Source: Bacteroidota bacterium
GTDB lineage: Bacteria > Bacteroidota > Bacteroidia > Chitinophagales > Chitinophagaceae
Direction of reading: 5' to 3'
DNA length: 64,000 nucleotides
Assembly: GCA_031417635.1 (NCBI GenBank)
Contig: JANOVY010000078.1
Span: forward strand, 16,795-80,794
Position 1 is the stretch's first letter, and each line of letters opens with the position of its first letter. Of the stretch, positions 20,671-30,375 are shown piece by piece. The notes under the pieces were generated by a model. It saw only the letters and a list, made by a program, of their open reading frames with translations, was not told where the DNA came from and made no database searches. The translations under genes and the position numbers were made by a program.

Positions 20671-22326
20671 ATGGCTGAAGCAATTTTAATGCCTCGATTA
20701 AGTGATACTATGACGGAAGGCGTTATTGCTGCCTGGCATAAAAACGTAGGTGATAATGTAAAAAAGGGGGATTTATTGGCTGAAATTGAAACCGATAAAG
20801 CTACCATGGAACTGGAAAGTTATCAAGACGGCATATTACTACATAGAGGCACACCCGACGGTGGCAAAATTCAAGTAAATGATTTGTTAGCCATATTTGG
20901 AAAAAAAGGAGAAGATATCAGTTCGTTAATAGCAGAACATGCCGGCGGAGGCAAGTCGGGAGTTAAAAGTGAGGAGTCTGGAGTAAAAAAGGAGGCAGCC
21001 GTTGCTATTACCAATAACCAAAATCAATCAACTATGGACGTATCTGCTATGGAAGAAGTGGTATTAATGCCAAGATTAAGTGATACCATGACCGAAGGTG
21101 TAATTGCCGGTTGGCAAAAAAATGTAGGTGACACAGTTAAAAAAGGGGATGTGTTGGCAGATATTGAAACTGATAAAGCCACCATGGAATTGGAAAGTTA
21201 TAAAGATGGTATATTATTATATCAGGGTGCCAAAGCCGGTGAAAAAATTCTCGTAAATGATTTGCTTTGCATTATTGGTAAACAGGGTTTGGATATTGAT
21301 GCGATTGTTGCCTCTATTAAATCAGGATCGGGACAAGCCTCAACAGTTATTCCTCAAGAGACAACAGCAGCTAGCCAACCAACCACAGACAACAAACCAC
21401 AAACCACAGACAATGTTGTTTCACCCGAGGTTGTAAACGACGGTAGAATCCTAGCTTCTCCACTTGCCAAGAAAGTAGCATCAGAAAAAGGGATCGATCT
21501 TCGTTTTGTGAAAGGCACAGGTGATAATGGAAGAATTACAAAAACAGATATAGATAATTACACGCCTGCAACACCTGCTACAGTAAGTGTCGCTACTGCC
21601 GCAGCTGCTGTACCCGCTTCTAACATAGCAGTGCCTGCCGGTCAAGTTAGTTTTGAAGATGTGCCGGTATCACAAATGCGAAAAGTTATTGCCAAGCGTT
21701 TAAGTGAGAGCTTATTTACAGCACCTCATTTCTATTTAACCATGAGTATTGATATGGATGCAGCAGTTGCTGCAAGGGGAAAGATTAATGAAGTAGCACC
21801 GGTTAAAGTGAGTTTCAATGATATGGTATTAAAAGCTACCGCATTGGCATTAAAACAACACCCAAAAGTAAACAGTAGTTGGTTAGGTGATTCCATCCGC
21901 TACAATCATCATATCAATATAGGCGTAGCGGTAGCAGTGGAAGATGGATTATTGGTACCGGTGGTTCGATTTGCAGATGGCAAATCTTTGAGTCAAATTG
22001 GTGCTGAAGTAAAAGTATTTGCACAAAAAGCAAAAGATAAAAAATTGCAGCCTGCAGATTGGGAAGGAAGCACATTTACCATTTCTAATCTAGGCATGTT
22101 TGGTATTGAAGAATTCACCGCCATCATTAACCCGCCGGATGCCTGTATTTTAGCCATTGGTGGTATTTCACAGGTGCCCGTAGTTAAAAATGGTCAAGTC
22201 GTTCCCGGTAATGTAATGAAAGTAACCCTAAGTTGCGATCATCGTGCTGTTGATGGAGCAACCGGTGCTGCATTTTTACAAACACTGAAAAGTTTATTGG
22301 AAGAGCCTTTGCGGATGTTGGCATAG
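20671..22326 (+). CDS. pdhC: Pyruvate dehydrogenase E2, dihydrolipoamide acetyltransferase with two lipoyl domains
   Basis: Two ETDKATME lipoyl motifs, ASPLAKK E3-binding domain, DHRAVDG. Confidence 0.92.
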   Translation: MAEAILMPRLSDTMTEGVIAAWHKNVGDNVKKGDLLAEIETDKATMELESYQDGILLHRGTPDGGKIQVNDLLAIFGKKGEDISSLIAEHAGGGKSGVKSEESGVKKEAAVAITNNQNQSTMDVSAMEEVVLMPRLSDTMTEGVIAGWQKNVGDTVKKGDVLADIETDKATMELESYKDGILLYQGAKAGEKILVNDLLCIIGKQGLDIDAIVASIKSGSGQASTVIPQETTAASQPTTDNKPQTTDNVVSPEVVNDGRILASPLAKKVASEKGIDLRFVKGTGDNGRITKTDIDNYTPATPATVSVATAAAAVPASNIAVPAGQVSFEDVPVSQMRKVIAKRLSESLFTAPHFYLTMSIDMDAAVAARGKINEVAPVKVSFNDMVLKATALALKQHPKVNSSWLGDSIRYNHHINIGVAVAVEDGLLVPVVRFADGKSLSQIGAEVKVFAQKAKDKKLQPADWEGSTFTISNLGMFGIEEFTAIINPPDACILAIGGISQVPVVKNGQVVPGNVMKVTLSCDHRAVDGATGAAFLQTLKSLLEEPLRMLA

Positions 22327-22332
22327 AGAGAC

Positions 22333-22465
22333 AATTAGTAATTAGTAGTAAATAATTAGTAATAATAAAGGGGTAAGTTGAAATCAATATTGATTACAAT
22401 TTACCCCTTTAATGTATCTTTTATTTCGCAATAATTGCTAACTACTAATTTCTAATTACTAATTA
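22333..22465. repeat. 7-bp-periodic palindromic element (AATTAGT arms) around a central AAAGGGGTAA...TTACCCCTTT hairpin; probable bidirectional terminator
   Basis: Between convergent genes; inverted arms visible. Confidence 0.75.
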
Positions 22466-22469
22466 TTAA

Positions 22470-24893
22470 TTAAAACCCTCCCTCCTCATCAAAATCACAA
22501 CCAATCGGCGCACCGGGTGGTATTTCCTTGTGTGCAGGTAGTGCAATTTCTTTTGGTTTGCTAATTCTTTCAATTGCATAACTGAAATGTGCCTTTAAGG
22601 AAGGATTGCTATTCTTCATTTGCAATGCATATTGTTTGATAGATTGTAACCGGTCGAAGCAAATGGATTTTACTATGTAATTGGAAGCTTCGCTTTGACT
22701 CAATCCTAACATCCAAGTTAGGACCATTTGTTGTGTTTGCAATTGCACCTCCCCTTTCAAACCCTTTTGGATAGATGCTTTCCAGGTTTTAGTGATGATG
22801 GCATCCAATACATCATCCCATCCGGGTGTGTTAGCTTGAGCTTTGAATTGCGACAGTCTATTGGCTCTTTCCGGATTAAACAAAAAAGCCAATTCAAAAT
22901 CAGTTAAAGCTTCTGCAGCAGCAAGTGGATCGAAGCTCATTCCAGTTCTTTTTGCAAATAATTCACCAACATTATAATATTGTGGAGGGCGTGGAGGAAT
23001 CATTTGCATAATTTTATCCGGTATGGTAAGCATGTCAGGAGAAAGACAATCCAATACTACAGACAAGGCTTTTTCCTGCATCGCTTTCGATAATATCTGA
23101 GGTGTTTGTTGCTTATCGCCCCTCACTGCATAACTATAATCCATTCCGCCTATGAGTTTACATGCCGCTTCTAATTGATATCGATGGTAATTATACACCG
23201 GGACCAATACATCTTCAAGTTTTGCCATTGGCGTATTGAAGGGAATGGCTTGTTCAGAAAACTGGTCTATTGCTTTTTGGCGAACTTTAACAACATTCTT
23301 TAATTCTTCAACTGCATCATTTCCATTATCCCATAAATGTGCTTTGGGATGCATTCCACTTGCAGCACGGGCGTCAGCATCCGCAATATATAGTAACCCT
23401 TTTTTTGTATTTTCTTCCAACAAGTTATTTAAAGCAAGATTCTCATTGGTTTCCAGCGATAGATCAGCATACCCATATGTGATGGCTCGTTTATCCCATT
23501 CTCCAATTTCATTGGTATATACTTCAGAAAAATCTATTTGCCCTTTGCCATTAACAAAGACATTAGGATGTGGGTAATCCATTACTGATGCACGACTATT
23601 AAAACTGGATGCATAGTTGTGTTGTAAACCAAGTGTATGCCCTACTTCGTGTGCAGCCAATTGTCGCAAACGTTGAAGAGCAGCCTTTTGCATAGTTTCC
23701 GGAACAGGTTTTCCGGTTTCGTATGGAGAGAGTAACCCGGTAAAAATAAGATAGTCCTGCCGAACACGTAAGGAACCTAAAGTTACTTGCCCTTTTATGA
23801 TTTCACCTGTACGTGGATCAGTAATTGTTGCACCATAACTCCAACCTCGAGTAGAACGATGTACCCAGTTAATCATATTGTATCGCGTATCCATCGGATC
23901 AGCAGAATCTGGTAATACTTTTACTATAAAAGCATTTTTATACCCCGCAGCTTCATACGCTTGATTCCACCAGCGGGCTCCGTCTAATAAAGCAGAACGA
24001 ATGGGCTCCGGTGTACCATTATCTAAATAATATACAATGGGTTTTACGGGCTCACTTACTATTGCTGAAGGATCTTTTTTGGATAATCGATGGCGAGCAA
24101 TATACATCTGTTGAATTTGCGCTGAGAAAGGACTGCTATAATCAAAATAGGAAATGCCAAAATAGCCTGATCGAATATCATATTTACGAGGTTTGTAATT
24201 ATTATCAGGTAATTGTACAAATGAATGATGCATTCGAACTGTAATAGCTTCAGTAGAGGGAGTTACGGTACTTACAAACCTTCCTGCATCGCCTCCCCCT
24301 GTAAAAGTAATCGTGGCTTCAAATTCACTGTTGAGAGGAAAATTCTTTGTATTGGGCAAATAAATGGCAGAACGTGGTTCACTGAAGGTATAAGTTCCTT
24401 GACGGGCTGTTTTAATTCTATCCGCCACATTTTGGGCATCACGCACGAAAAAAGAAGTTGCATCAACCAAAACTTTATCTCCTACATCTTCATCAATTAC
24501 AAAACTGCCAATGGTAGATTGGGCAAAAGATTCTTTTACTGCTCGTTGTTCATTTTTATCGGCAGATAGTGCTCGATAGCTATAATTGGGCTGAACCAAC
24601 AACAGTTTTTTCCCAACTTTATTAAAAGAAACGATGCGGGAGCCACCAATTAAACCTCTATCTAGGCCAATGTCATTAGATCCCAAACCAGCGGGCAAGG
24701 AATGTACATAAAGAAACTCTTTATCGAATTTGTCTATCTGCATCCACACTTTTCCATTTATGCCATCCCACCAAAAAGTGAAATAGCCATCATAACGTTT
24801 CATGTTTTTGGTTTTATCTGCAATTTTCGAAGGGGTTTGAGCAGATACGATTGAACTGAAAAAACAAAAAAAGGCAATAATGAAAAATCGCAT
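22470..24893 (-). CDS. Zinc-dependent metalloprotease (DUF5117/DUF4953-type)
   Basis: Signal peptide; HEVGHTLGLQHN zinc motif; SVMDY Met-turn; DPRTGEII. Confidence 0.85.
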   Translation of the reverse strand: MRFFIIAFFCFFSSIVSAQTPSKIADKTKNMKRYDGYFTFWWDGINGKVWMQIDKFDKEFLYVHSLPAGLGSNDIGLDRGLIGGSRIVSFNKVGKKLLLVQPNYSYRALSADKNEQRAVKESFAQSTIGSFVIDEDVGDKVLVDATSFFVRDAQNVADRIKTARQGTYTFSEPRSAIYLPNTKNFPLNSEFEATITFTGGGDAGRFVSTVTPSTEAITVRMHHSFVQLPDNNYKPRKYDIRSGYFGISYFDYSSPFSAQIQQMYIARHRLSKKDPSAIVSEPVKPIVYYLDNGTPEPIRSALLDGARWWNQAYEAAGYKNAFIVKVLPDSADPMDTRYNMINWVHRSTRGWSYGATITDPRTGEIIKGQVTLGSLRVRQDYLIFTGLLSPYETGKPVPETMQKAALQRLRQLAAHEVGHTLGLQHNYASSFNSRASVMDYPHPNVFVNGKGQIDFSEVYTNEIGEWDKRAITYGYADLSLETNENLALNNLLEENTKKGLLYIADADARAASGMHPKAHLWDNGNDAVEELKNVVKVRQKAIDQFSEQAIPFNTPMAKLEDVLVPVYNYHRYQLEAACKLIGGMDYSYAVRGDKQQTPQILSKAMQEKALSVVLDCLSPDMLTIPDKIMQMIPPRPPQYYNVGELFAKRTGMSFDPLAAAEALTDFELAFLFNPERANRLSQFKAQANTPGWDDVLDAIITKTWKASIQKGLKGEVQLQTQQMVLTWMLGLSQSEASNYIVKSICFDRLQSIKQYALQMKNSNPSLKAHFSYAIERISKPKEIALPAHKEIPPGAPIGCDFDEEGGF

Positions 24894-25035
24894 AATAGAT
24901 CGTTTTGGTGTAGAACAAAAAAAATGAGTTAAGTGCAATACCTATAAAGATATTTTAAAACAAGATTGGACTTCAAAAAAAAGTGTTTTGCAAAAAACGA
25001 AATAGCCCATTTTTCTTCCATTATATGAATATAAA

Positions 25036-25070
25036 ACTCCGGTTATCATTTAATACCTGATAACCGGAGT
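25036..25070 (-). terminator. Intrinsic terminator after the H1-like gene
   Basis: ACTCCGGTTATCA-9nt-TGATAACCGGAGT, A-run on the + strand left side. Confidence 0.75.
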
Positions 25071-25092
25071 TAAAATATGTTGCTTTTATTTC

Positions 25093-25599
25093 TTACGACT
25101 TTTTACCGCCATTGCCAACAAATGGCTCTTCAGGAGTAAAAAGTGTGGGTATTTCAACAGGGGCCGGTATCACAGGCGCAGGAGCTACAACGGGGGCCGC
25201 TACAGGAACAAGGGCCGGTTGTTTAGCAGCTACTTTTCTCTTGGGTGCCGGTTTTTTAGGTGCCGACTTTACAGCTTTTTTAACAACAGCTTTTTTAGCA
25301 ACAGCTTTTTTAGCAGCTACTTTTTTCTTGGGAGCTGCCTTTTTAGCAACTGCTTTTTTAACTACTTTTTTAGCAGCTACCTTTTTCTTGGGAGCCGCTT
25401 TTTTAGCAACTGCTTTTTTAACTGCTACTTTTTTCTTAGGGGCTGCTGTTTTTTTCTTTGCCACTTTCTTAGTAGCTACTTTTTTCTTTGGAGCAGTTTT
25501 TTTAGCTGCTTTTTTAGCTACAGGTTTTTTAGCTGCTGCTTTCTTTGCTGTTTTTTTGGGCGCTACTTTTTTAGCAACCTTTTTTTTAGATTTTTCCAT
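25093..25599 (-). CDS. Histone H1-like Lys/Ala-rich protein
   Basis: Repeated [13 protein letters not shown] units; Pro-rich C-tail; own terminator. Confidence 0.75.
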   Translation of the reverse strand: MEKSKKKVAKKVAPKKTAKKAAAKKPVAKKAAKKTAPKKKVATKKVAKKKTAAPKKKVAVKKAVAKKAAPKKKVAAKKVVKKAVAKKAAPKKKVAAKKAVAKKAVVKKAVKSAPKKPAPKRKVAAKQPALVPVAAPVVAPAPVIPAPVEIPTLFTPEEPFVGNGGKKS

Positions 25600-25713
25600 G
25601 ATGGTATTGGTTTGTATATGTTTAAAGATGAGATTGGAAAGTTAAAAAAATATTTTTGTAAATATCACTTTTTATTCATTGATAAAGTTTATTTAATTAT
25701 CACCCTATCTGTA

Positions 25714-26589
25714 CTATTGAAACCCTAGCCTTTGCAACCAAACCAAACATTGTTTTGGCCATTGGCTTAGCACTGCATCCGAAGAAGCCATTCCAAAACC
25801 ATGCCCGCCATGATCGTAAATGAATAAGGATGACGGAACTTTATTTCGTTTGAGGGCTTCATAAAATAAAATACTGTTTTGCGGAACCACTACTTTGTCA
25901 TCATCAGCAAGTATTAATAATACGGGCGGCGTTTCTGAACTGACTCTTTTATCAATCGATAATGCATTGATTAGCTCAGTATTTGGTGTTTTGCCCAATA
26001 ACATATCTCTACTACCCCTATGAGCAAACATAGTGTCCATCGTAATAACCGGGTACATTAAAATAGCAAATGCGGGTCTGGTTGAGATTTGTTCCAATGG
26101 ATTTTGGGCATTCGGGTCACCTTGTTGAATCATTGTGGCTGCAGTTGATGCCAAATGGCCGCCTGCAGAAAAACCCATCACGCCTATTTTTTTGGGATTA
26201 ATTTGCCATTCATCTGCTCTGGAGCGGATGATACGAAGAGCAGTAGTCACATCATTGTATTGGTCGGGATATCGGTGCCCCTCTTGTTTTGCATTGTTTA
26301 ATCTGTATCGTAAAACAAAAGCATCCATGCCATTGTCATTAAAAAAACGGGCAGGCAATACCCCTTCTTTTTCCCAAGCAAGATGCGCATAACCACCTCC
26401 CGGACAAATTAAAACAGCCGTTTTCTCTTTTGATGGATTTTTGGACGGATAATAATCTATAAATGGAGCAATGGTATCAAACCCTTTGTTCATGACGGGT
26501 TCAGGAGATGGATATATAAAAATTCTCTGTTGTGAACGGCTAACCATTGCTATGGATATAAAAATCAAAACAAGATGTATGGTTCTCAT
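25714..26589 (-). CDS. Alpha/beta hydrolase (BD-FAE/xylan esterase-like)
   Basis: CPGGGY, GFSAGG, DDKVV, HGGHGFG. Confidence 0.88.
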   Translation of the reverse strand: MRTIHLVLIFISIAMVSRSQQRIFIYPSPEPVMNKGFDTIAPFIDYYPSKNPSKEKTAVLICPGGGYAHLAWEKEGVLPARFFNDNGMDAFVLRYRLNNAKQEGHRYPDQYNDVTTALRIIRSRADEWQINPKKIGVMGFSAGGHLASTAATMIQQGDPNAQNPLEQISTRPAFAILMYPVITMDTMFAHRGSRDMLLGKTPNTELINALSIDKRVSSETPPVLLILADDDKVVVPQNSILFYEALKRNKVPSSLFIYDHGGHGFGMASSDAVLSQWPKQCLVWLQRLGFQ

Positions 26590-26744
26590 TGAATGATTGT
26601 TTTTTGAAACATGCTATTTATGAATATGGAAAGTTAAGGAGATTCACGAAAGATATATGGTTGATTTTCGAATTGGCTAAGATGTGAACCAAAGAATCTG
26701 ATTTTGCGTTAATTCGTTAATCTTTATTATGCTAATTTTAAGGT

Positions 26745-27104
26745 ATGAAGAAAACCGTTGTTTTAGGTGCATCCGATAATCCGGCACGTTACAGTTATTT
26801 AGCCGTTGAAAAACTGAATCGATATGGACACACAATAGTGGCTATTGGTAAAAAAGAAGGAATGATCGGTGCAAATCGCATTATCACAACGCATCCTGCA
26901 GAGAATGAGGTAGATACTGTTACTTTATATTTAAACCCAAGTTTACAAAAAGATTATTACGATTATATTCTTTCGTTGCACCCAAAAAGGCTCATATTTA
27001 ATCCGGGTACTGAAAATGAAGAATTATTTGAATTGGCCAAAGCTAATGGCATTAAGCCCATTGAGGCATGTACATTGGTTATGTTAGGTACAGGACAATA
27101 TTGA
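26745..27104 (+). CDS. CoA-binding protein
   Basis: VVLGASDNPARYS, FNPGTEN, EACTLVML. Confidence 0.88.
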   Translation: MKKTVVLGASDNPARYSYLAVEKLNRYGHTIVAIGKKEGMIGANRIITTHPAENEVDTVTLYLNPSLQKDYYDYILSLHPKRLIFNPGTENEELFELAKANGIKPIEACTLVMLGTGQY

Positions 27105-27179
27105 AAAAGAAATTCGTTTTTCGAATAACACATTCATTCGGTTTAAAGAGCAAAAAATAAGCATATCAATTTTATCACT

Positions 27180-27689
27180 ATGCATTCCACACAATTTTCT
27201 TTTCGGGTTACCAAATGTATTGCTGTTTGTTCCATTGCCATCATGCTCCTTTTAATCGTCATTGGAAATACGACCGATTACTATACCAATTATTTTTTTG
27301 TAGCGCATGTAATGAAAATGGATACCATCTTCCCAAATAGTCAAATCCATTATCGATCTATCAACAACCCCATACTTTTTCATGCGGGATATATTTTTTT
27401 AATTATTCTTGAAACCATTATGACAATTTTTTGCTGTTTAGGTGGATTTTTGATGATAAAAAATATTAAAAAACCGGCTCAAAAATTTAATGCTTCAAAA
27501 AAATGGGCGGTTACCGGTATTGCTATCGGCATAGTAATCTGGTTTTTGGGATTTGAAGTAATAGGTGGTGAATGGTTTGGGATGTGGCAAAGTACTACTT
27601 GGAATGGGTTAGGGAGTGCCGGTAGAATTCTTGACTTTTTGGTACTTACCTTGCTGTTATTACATTTTAAAGAAGCGGAATTAACTTGA
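27180..27689 (+). CDS. DUF2165-family membrane protein
   Basis: GNTTDYYTN, HVMKMDT, GFEVIGGEWFGMWQS. Confidence 0.8.
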   Translation: MHSTQFSFRVTKCIAVCSIAIMLLLIVIGNTTDYYTNYFFVAHVMKMDTIFPNSQIHYRSINNPILFHAGYIFLIILETIMTIFCCLGGFLMIKNIKKPAQKFNASKKWAVTGIAIGIVIWFLGFEVIGGEWFGMWQSTTWNGLGSAGRILDFLVLTLLLLHFKEAELT

Positions 27690-27795
27690 TAATATTGACT
27701 AGTTTTCTAACCAAATTTTATAGTTTTATCGGTGAATAACATTTGGGGAGTTTTCAACTTTCTAAATGTTTTAAAAAAACTAAGTATATTTAACC

Positions 27796-28620
27796 ATGAA
27801 AACAGCTAATTTACCTTCGTTTTGCATATTAATGCTGACTTTTTTGGTTTCTTGCAACAATGACGATACGGCAACCAAAGTAGACAATACAACTACTACT
27901 GCCATTCCAAATACTCGTTCTATTTCATCAATGACATCTTCTTCAGGGCTCAATAATAATGCAACATCGGTTTCTGCTTCTACCGGATCAGCATCTACTG
28001 CAACCGGCATTAATCCAGCACATGGCGAACCTAACCATCGTTGCGATATAGCTGTTGGTGCCCCATTAAATTCTGCCCCAACAAGTACAAGTGGGTTAAA
28101 TTCACAGTCGCCTGTTTCTATTTCACCTATTCAAGGAAATGCACCTGTTCAAGTAAATGCTCCCGTTATTTCAAATCCGGCCGGTACTGTTAAACCGAAT
28201 ACAACAAGTGTTGCAGCCGGCATAAATCCTGCACATGGTCAACCTAACCATCGTTGTGATATTGCCGTTGGTGCACCACTTAATTCCACACCTACCAAAA
28301 CAACCCCCATTGAAACAAAACCAACTGTGAGTAGTGTTAAGCCAGCTCCTGCCACAACAACAACAACAGTTGCTCCGGGCATGAACCCTCCACATGGTCA
28401 GCCTAACCATCGGTGTGATATAGCTGTAGGTGCACTTCTTACTTCAGCGCCCACTAAAAAAGCTACTACTGCACCGGCTGTAACAACTACCCCTGCGCAG
28501 ATAACTTCTCCAATACAACCGCTTCAAAACAATACAAAGAGTAATGCAAAATTAAACCCTGCCCATGGACAATCGGGACATGATTGTGCAATTGCGGTTG
28601 GCCAACCTTTAAAAAATTAA
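27796..28620 (+). CDS. Lipoprotein with four NPxHGxPNHRCDIAVGAPL repeats, unknown function
   Basis: Lipobox LVSC; four His/His/Cys repeats separated by Thr/Pro/Ser linkers. Confidence 0.8.
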   Translation: MKTANLPSFCILMLTFLVSCNNDDTATKVDNTTTTAIPNTRSISSMTSSSGLNNNATSVSASTGSASTATGINPAHGEPNHRCDIAVGAPLNSAPTSTSGLNSQSPVSISPIQGNAPVQVNAPVISNPAGTVKPNTTSVAAGINPAHGQPNHRCDIAVGAPLNSTPTKTTPIETKPTVSSVKPAPATTTTTVAPGMNPPHGQPNHRCDIAVGALLTSAPTKKATTAPAVTTTPAQITSPIQPLQNNTKSNAKLNPAHGQSGHDCAIAVGQPLKN

Positions 28621-28677
28621 TACCCAACAGCATTTCATTTAAAGTGATCAGTGAATCTAGTGCTTGCTTTTTTGATC

Positions 28678-30240
28678 TTATTTACTGACTAACTTAATAT
28701 GGTATTCTTGAATAAGTGCGGGATTCTCCGGTGTTAGTGTAAAACTAATCCAAACATTTGCCTTTTCTCCTTCGATGATAAAATATCCTCTCAATTGATT
28801 CTCAGGAATCACATCTCTTACTTTTCCGATCTTTCCTGCTTTCAGATAAATTTCATTCGCTTCTTTTCTCAAAGTCTCTGTAAAATAATCCGAGAAGAAA
28901 TTTTCTGCAAATATGCCCGCCGATTTCGCATTTGGAAAATCAGGAAGCAAGGAAACAATTTCATTTCTACGTTTCGTTAATATAGCAGAGGGAGGCAATT
29001 GTCTGGGTTGAAGCTTAGCTATACGAATCAAAGTATCCAAGACCATTGTATTGGCTATACTTGTAGGTGCATAAGTTCTATTGGCAAAAAACATTACACC
29101 CAATCCATACTCAGGTAAAATATTCCAGTTACTTCCAAAACCGGGAAGTCCGCCTGTATGGCCAACGTATTCGCGACCCTCACAATCCTTTGTCCAACGT
29201 AATCCATATCCATATGCAGATGCAGTTACACATGCTCTGCCGCCTGGATATGTATTTGTTGTATTTAAAGCAGAAAACCGCCAGGGCTGGTGCATTTCAC
29301 GAATAGAACTTCTTTTAATAGGACCAGTTTCTGTTCCATTCCTTACAGGCCAAGCCAATTGATGCAATGCCACATACTTGCTAAAAGATTCTATAGAGGT
29401 AATCATACCACCCATGGCCCCATAGATTCCATCGTGCAACAAAGGTTCTTCACGCCATTGATCCTCAATCCAACGATAACCATGTGCTAACTCATTTGGA
29501 GAAACCTTATTAAATTCCCATTCTGCCTGGTTCATGTTGAGGGGCTGCCAAATATTCTTTTTGATATACTCGCTATAAGGAATACCGGTAACCTTTTTTA
29601 TGATGTACCCTAACATAGCGAACCCCATATTACTATATTCATAGACTAATCCCGGGACATTAGAAAATGAAATTCCTTTCTTAATCATAGAAATGAGTTC
29701 TTCATCCGTATCGGCCAATTGTCTGTCACCCCAAGGATTGTCTTCCGGAAATCCGGCAGCATGCGTCATTAAATTTCTAACTGTCAGGATTGGAGCATCG
29801 GAACTCAATTGTTGATTTTTGATTTCGGGAATGTATTGATACACAGGATCATCTAACCTTAATTTTCCGGCATCCCTAAGTTGCAGAATGGCCATTGTTG
29901 TAAGGCTTTTACTCATTGAAGCAATTCGAAACATGGATTGTGTAGTTGCCGGAATTTTTTTACCAATATCAAGATATCCTCCGCTGCCCGTATACACTAA
30001 TTTTCCATCAAGCATTACCCCAAAAGAGTAGCCGGGAAAATGATTTTGTTGTGCATATTCTTTATACATCTTTTCTACCAATGGAAAAAGAGTTTCCAAT
30101 TTTTGCAATCTTGTACCATCGCTAAATGCTGGAGCCTGGTAAGCAGCAATGGGATTTGATGACTCAGAAATTTTTTGTCCGAAACCGGTAAAAGATAAAA
30201 AGAGTAAACTTAGACTGATAAGCTTTTTAAAATTTTCCAT
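28678..30240 (-). CDS. Serine hydrolase (beta-lactamase/class C family), secreted
   Basis: FRIASMSK (SxxK), YEYSN, GHTGGLPG. Confidence 0.88.
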   Translation of the reverse strand: MENFKKLISLSLLFLSFTGFGQKISESSNPIAAYQAPAFSDGTRLQKLETLFPLVEKMYKEYAQQNHFPGYSFGVMLDGKLVYTGSGGYLDIGKKIPATTQSMFRIASMSKSLTTMAILQLRDAGKLRLDDPVYQYIPEIKNQQLSSDAPILTVRNLMTHAAGFPEDNPWGDRQLADTDEELISMIKKGISFSNVPGLVYEYSNMGFAMLGYIIKKVTGIPYSEYIKKNIWQPLNMNQAEWEFNKVSPNELAHGYRWIEDQWREEPLLHDGIYGAMGGMITSIESFSKYVALHQLAWPVRNGTETGPIKRSSIREMHQPWRFSALNTTNTYPGGRACVTASAYGYGLRWTKDCEGREYVGHTGGLPGFGSNWNILPEYGLGVMFFANRTYAPTSIANTMVLDTLIRIAKLQPRQLPPSAILTKRRNEIVSLLPDFPNAKSAGIFAENFFSDYFTETLRKEANEIYLKAGKIGKVRDVIPENQLRGYFIIEGEKANVWISFTLTPENPALIQEYHIKLVSK

Positions 30241-30309
30241 TCTAATAATGTAAATATTGATGAATGATTTGTACAATTAAACCGCTGTGTAACCTCCCGA
30301 TCTCTTGTC

Positions 30310-30369
30310 CTCTGCGGTAAATTTTATTTCAACCGCAGAGAACATGAGAACGCAAAGCTACCCGCAGAG
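30310..30369. repeat. 9-bp-periodic palindrome (CTCTGCGG...CCGCAGAG)
   Basis: Inverted 9-mer plus ACGCAAAG/CCGCAGAG units. Confidence 0.6.
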
Positions 30370-30375
30370 CAGAAT

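Noticed and set aside
25112-25728. Antisense ORFs of 177 and 169 aa
   Set aside because: Shadows of the low-complexity H1-like gene
27796-28620. CRISPR-like regularly spaced DNA repeats
   Set aside because: Repeats vary at synonymous positions and stay in frame, so they are protein domain repeats
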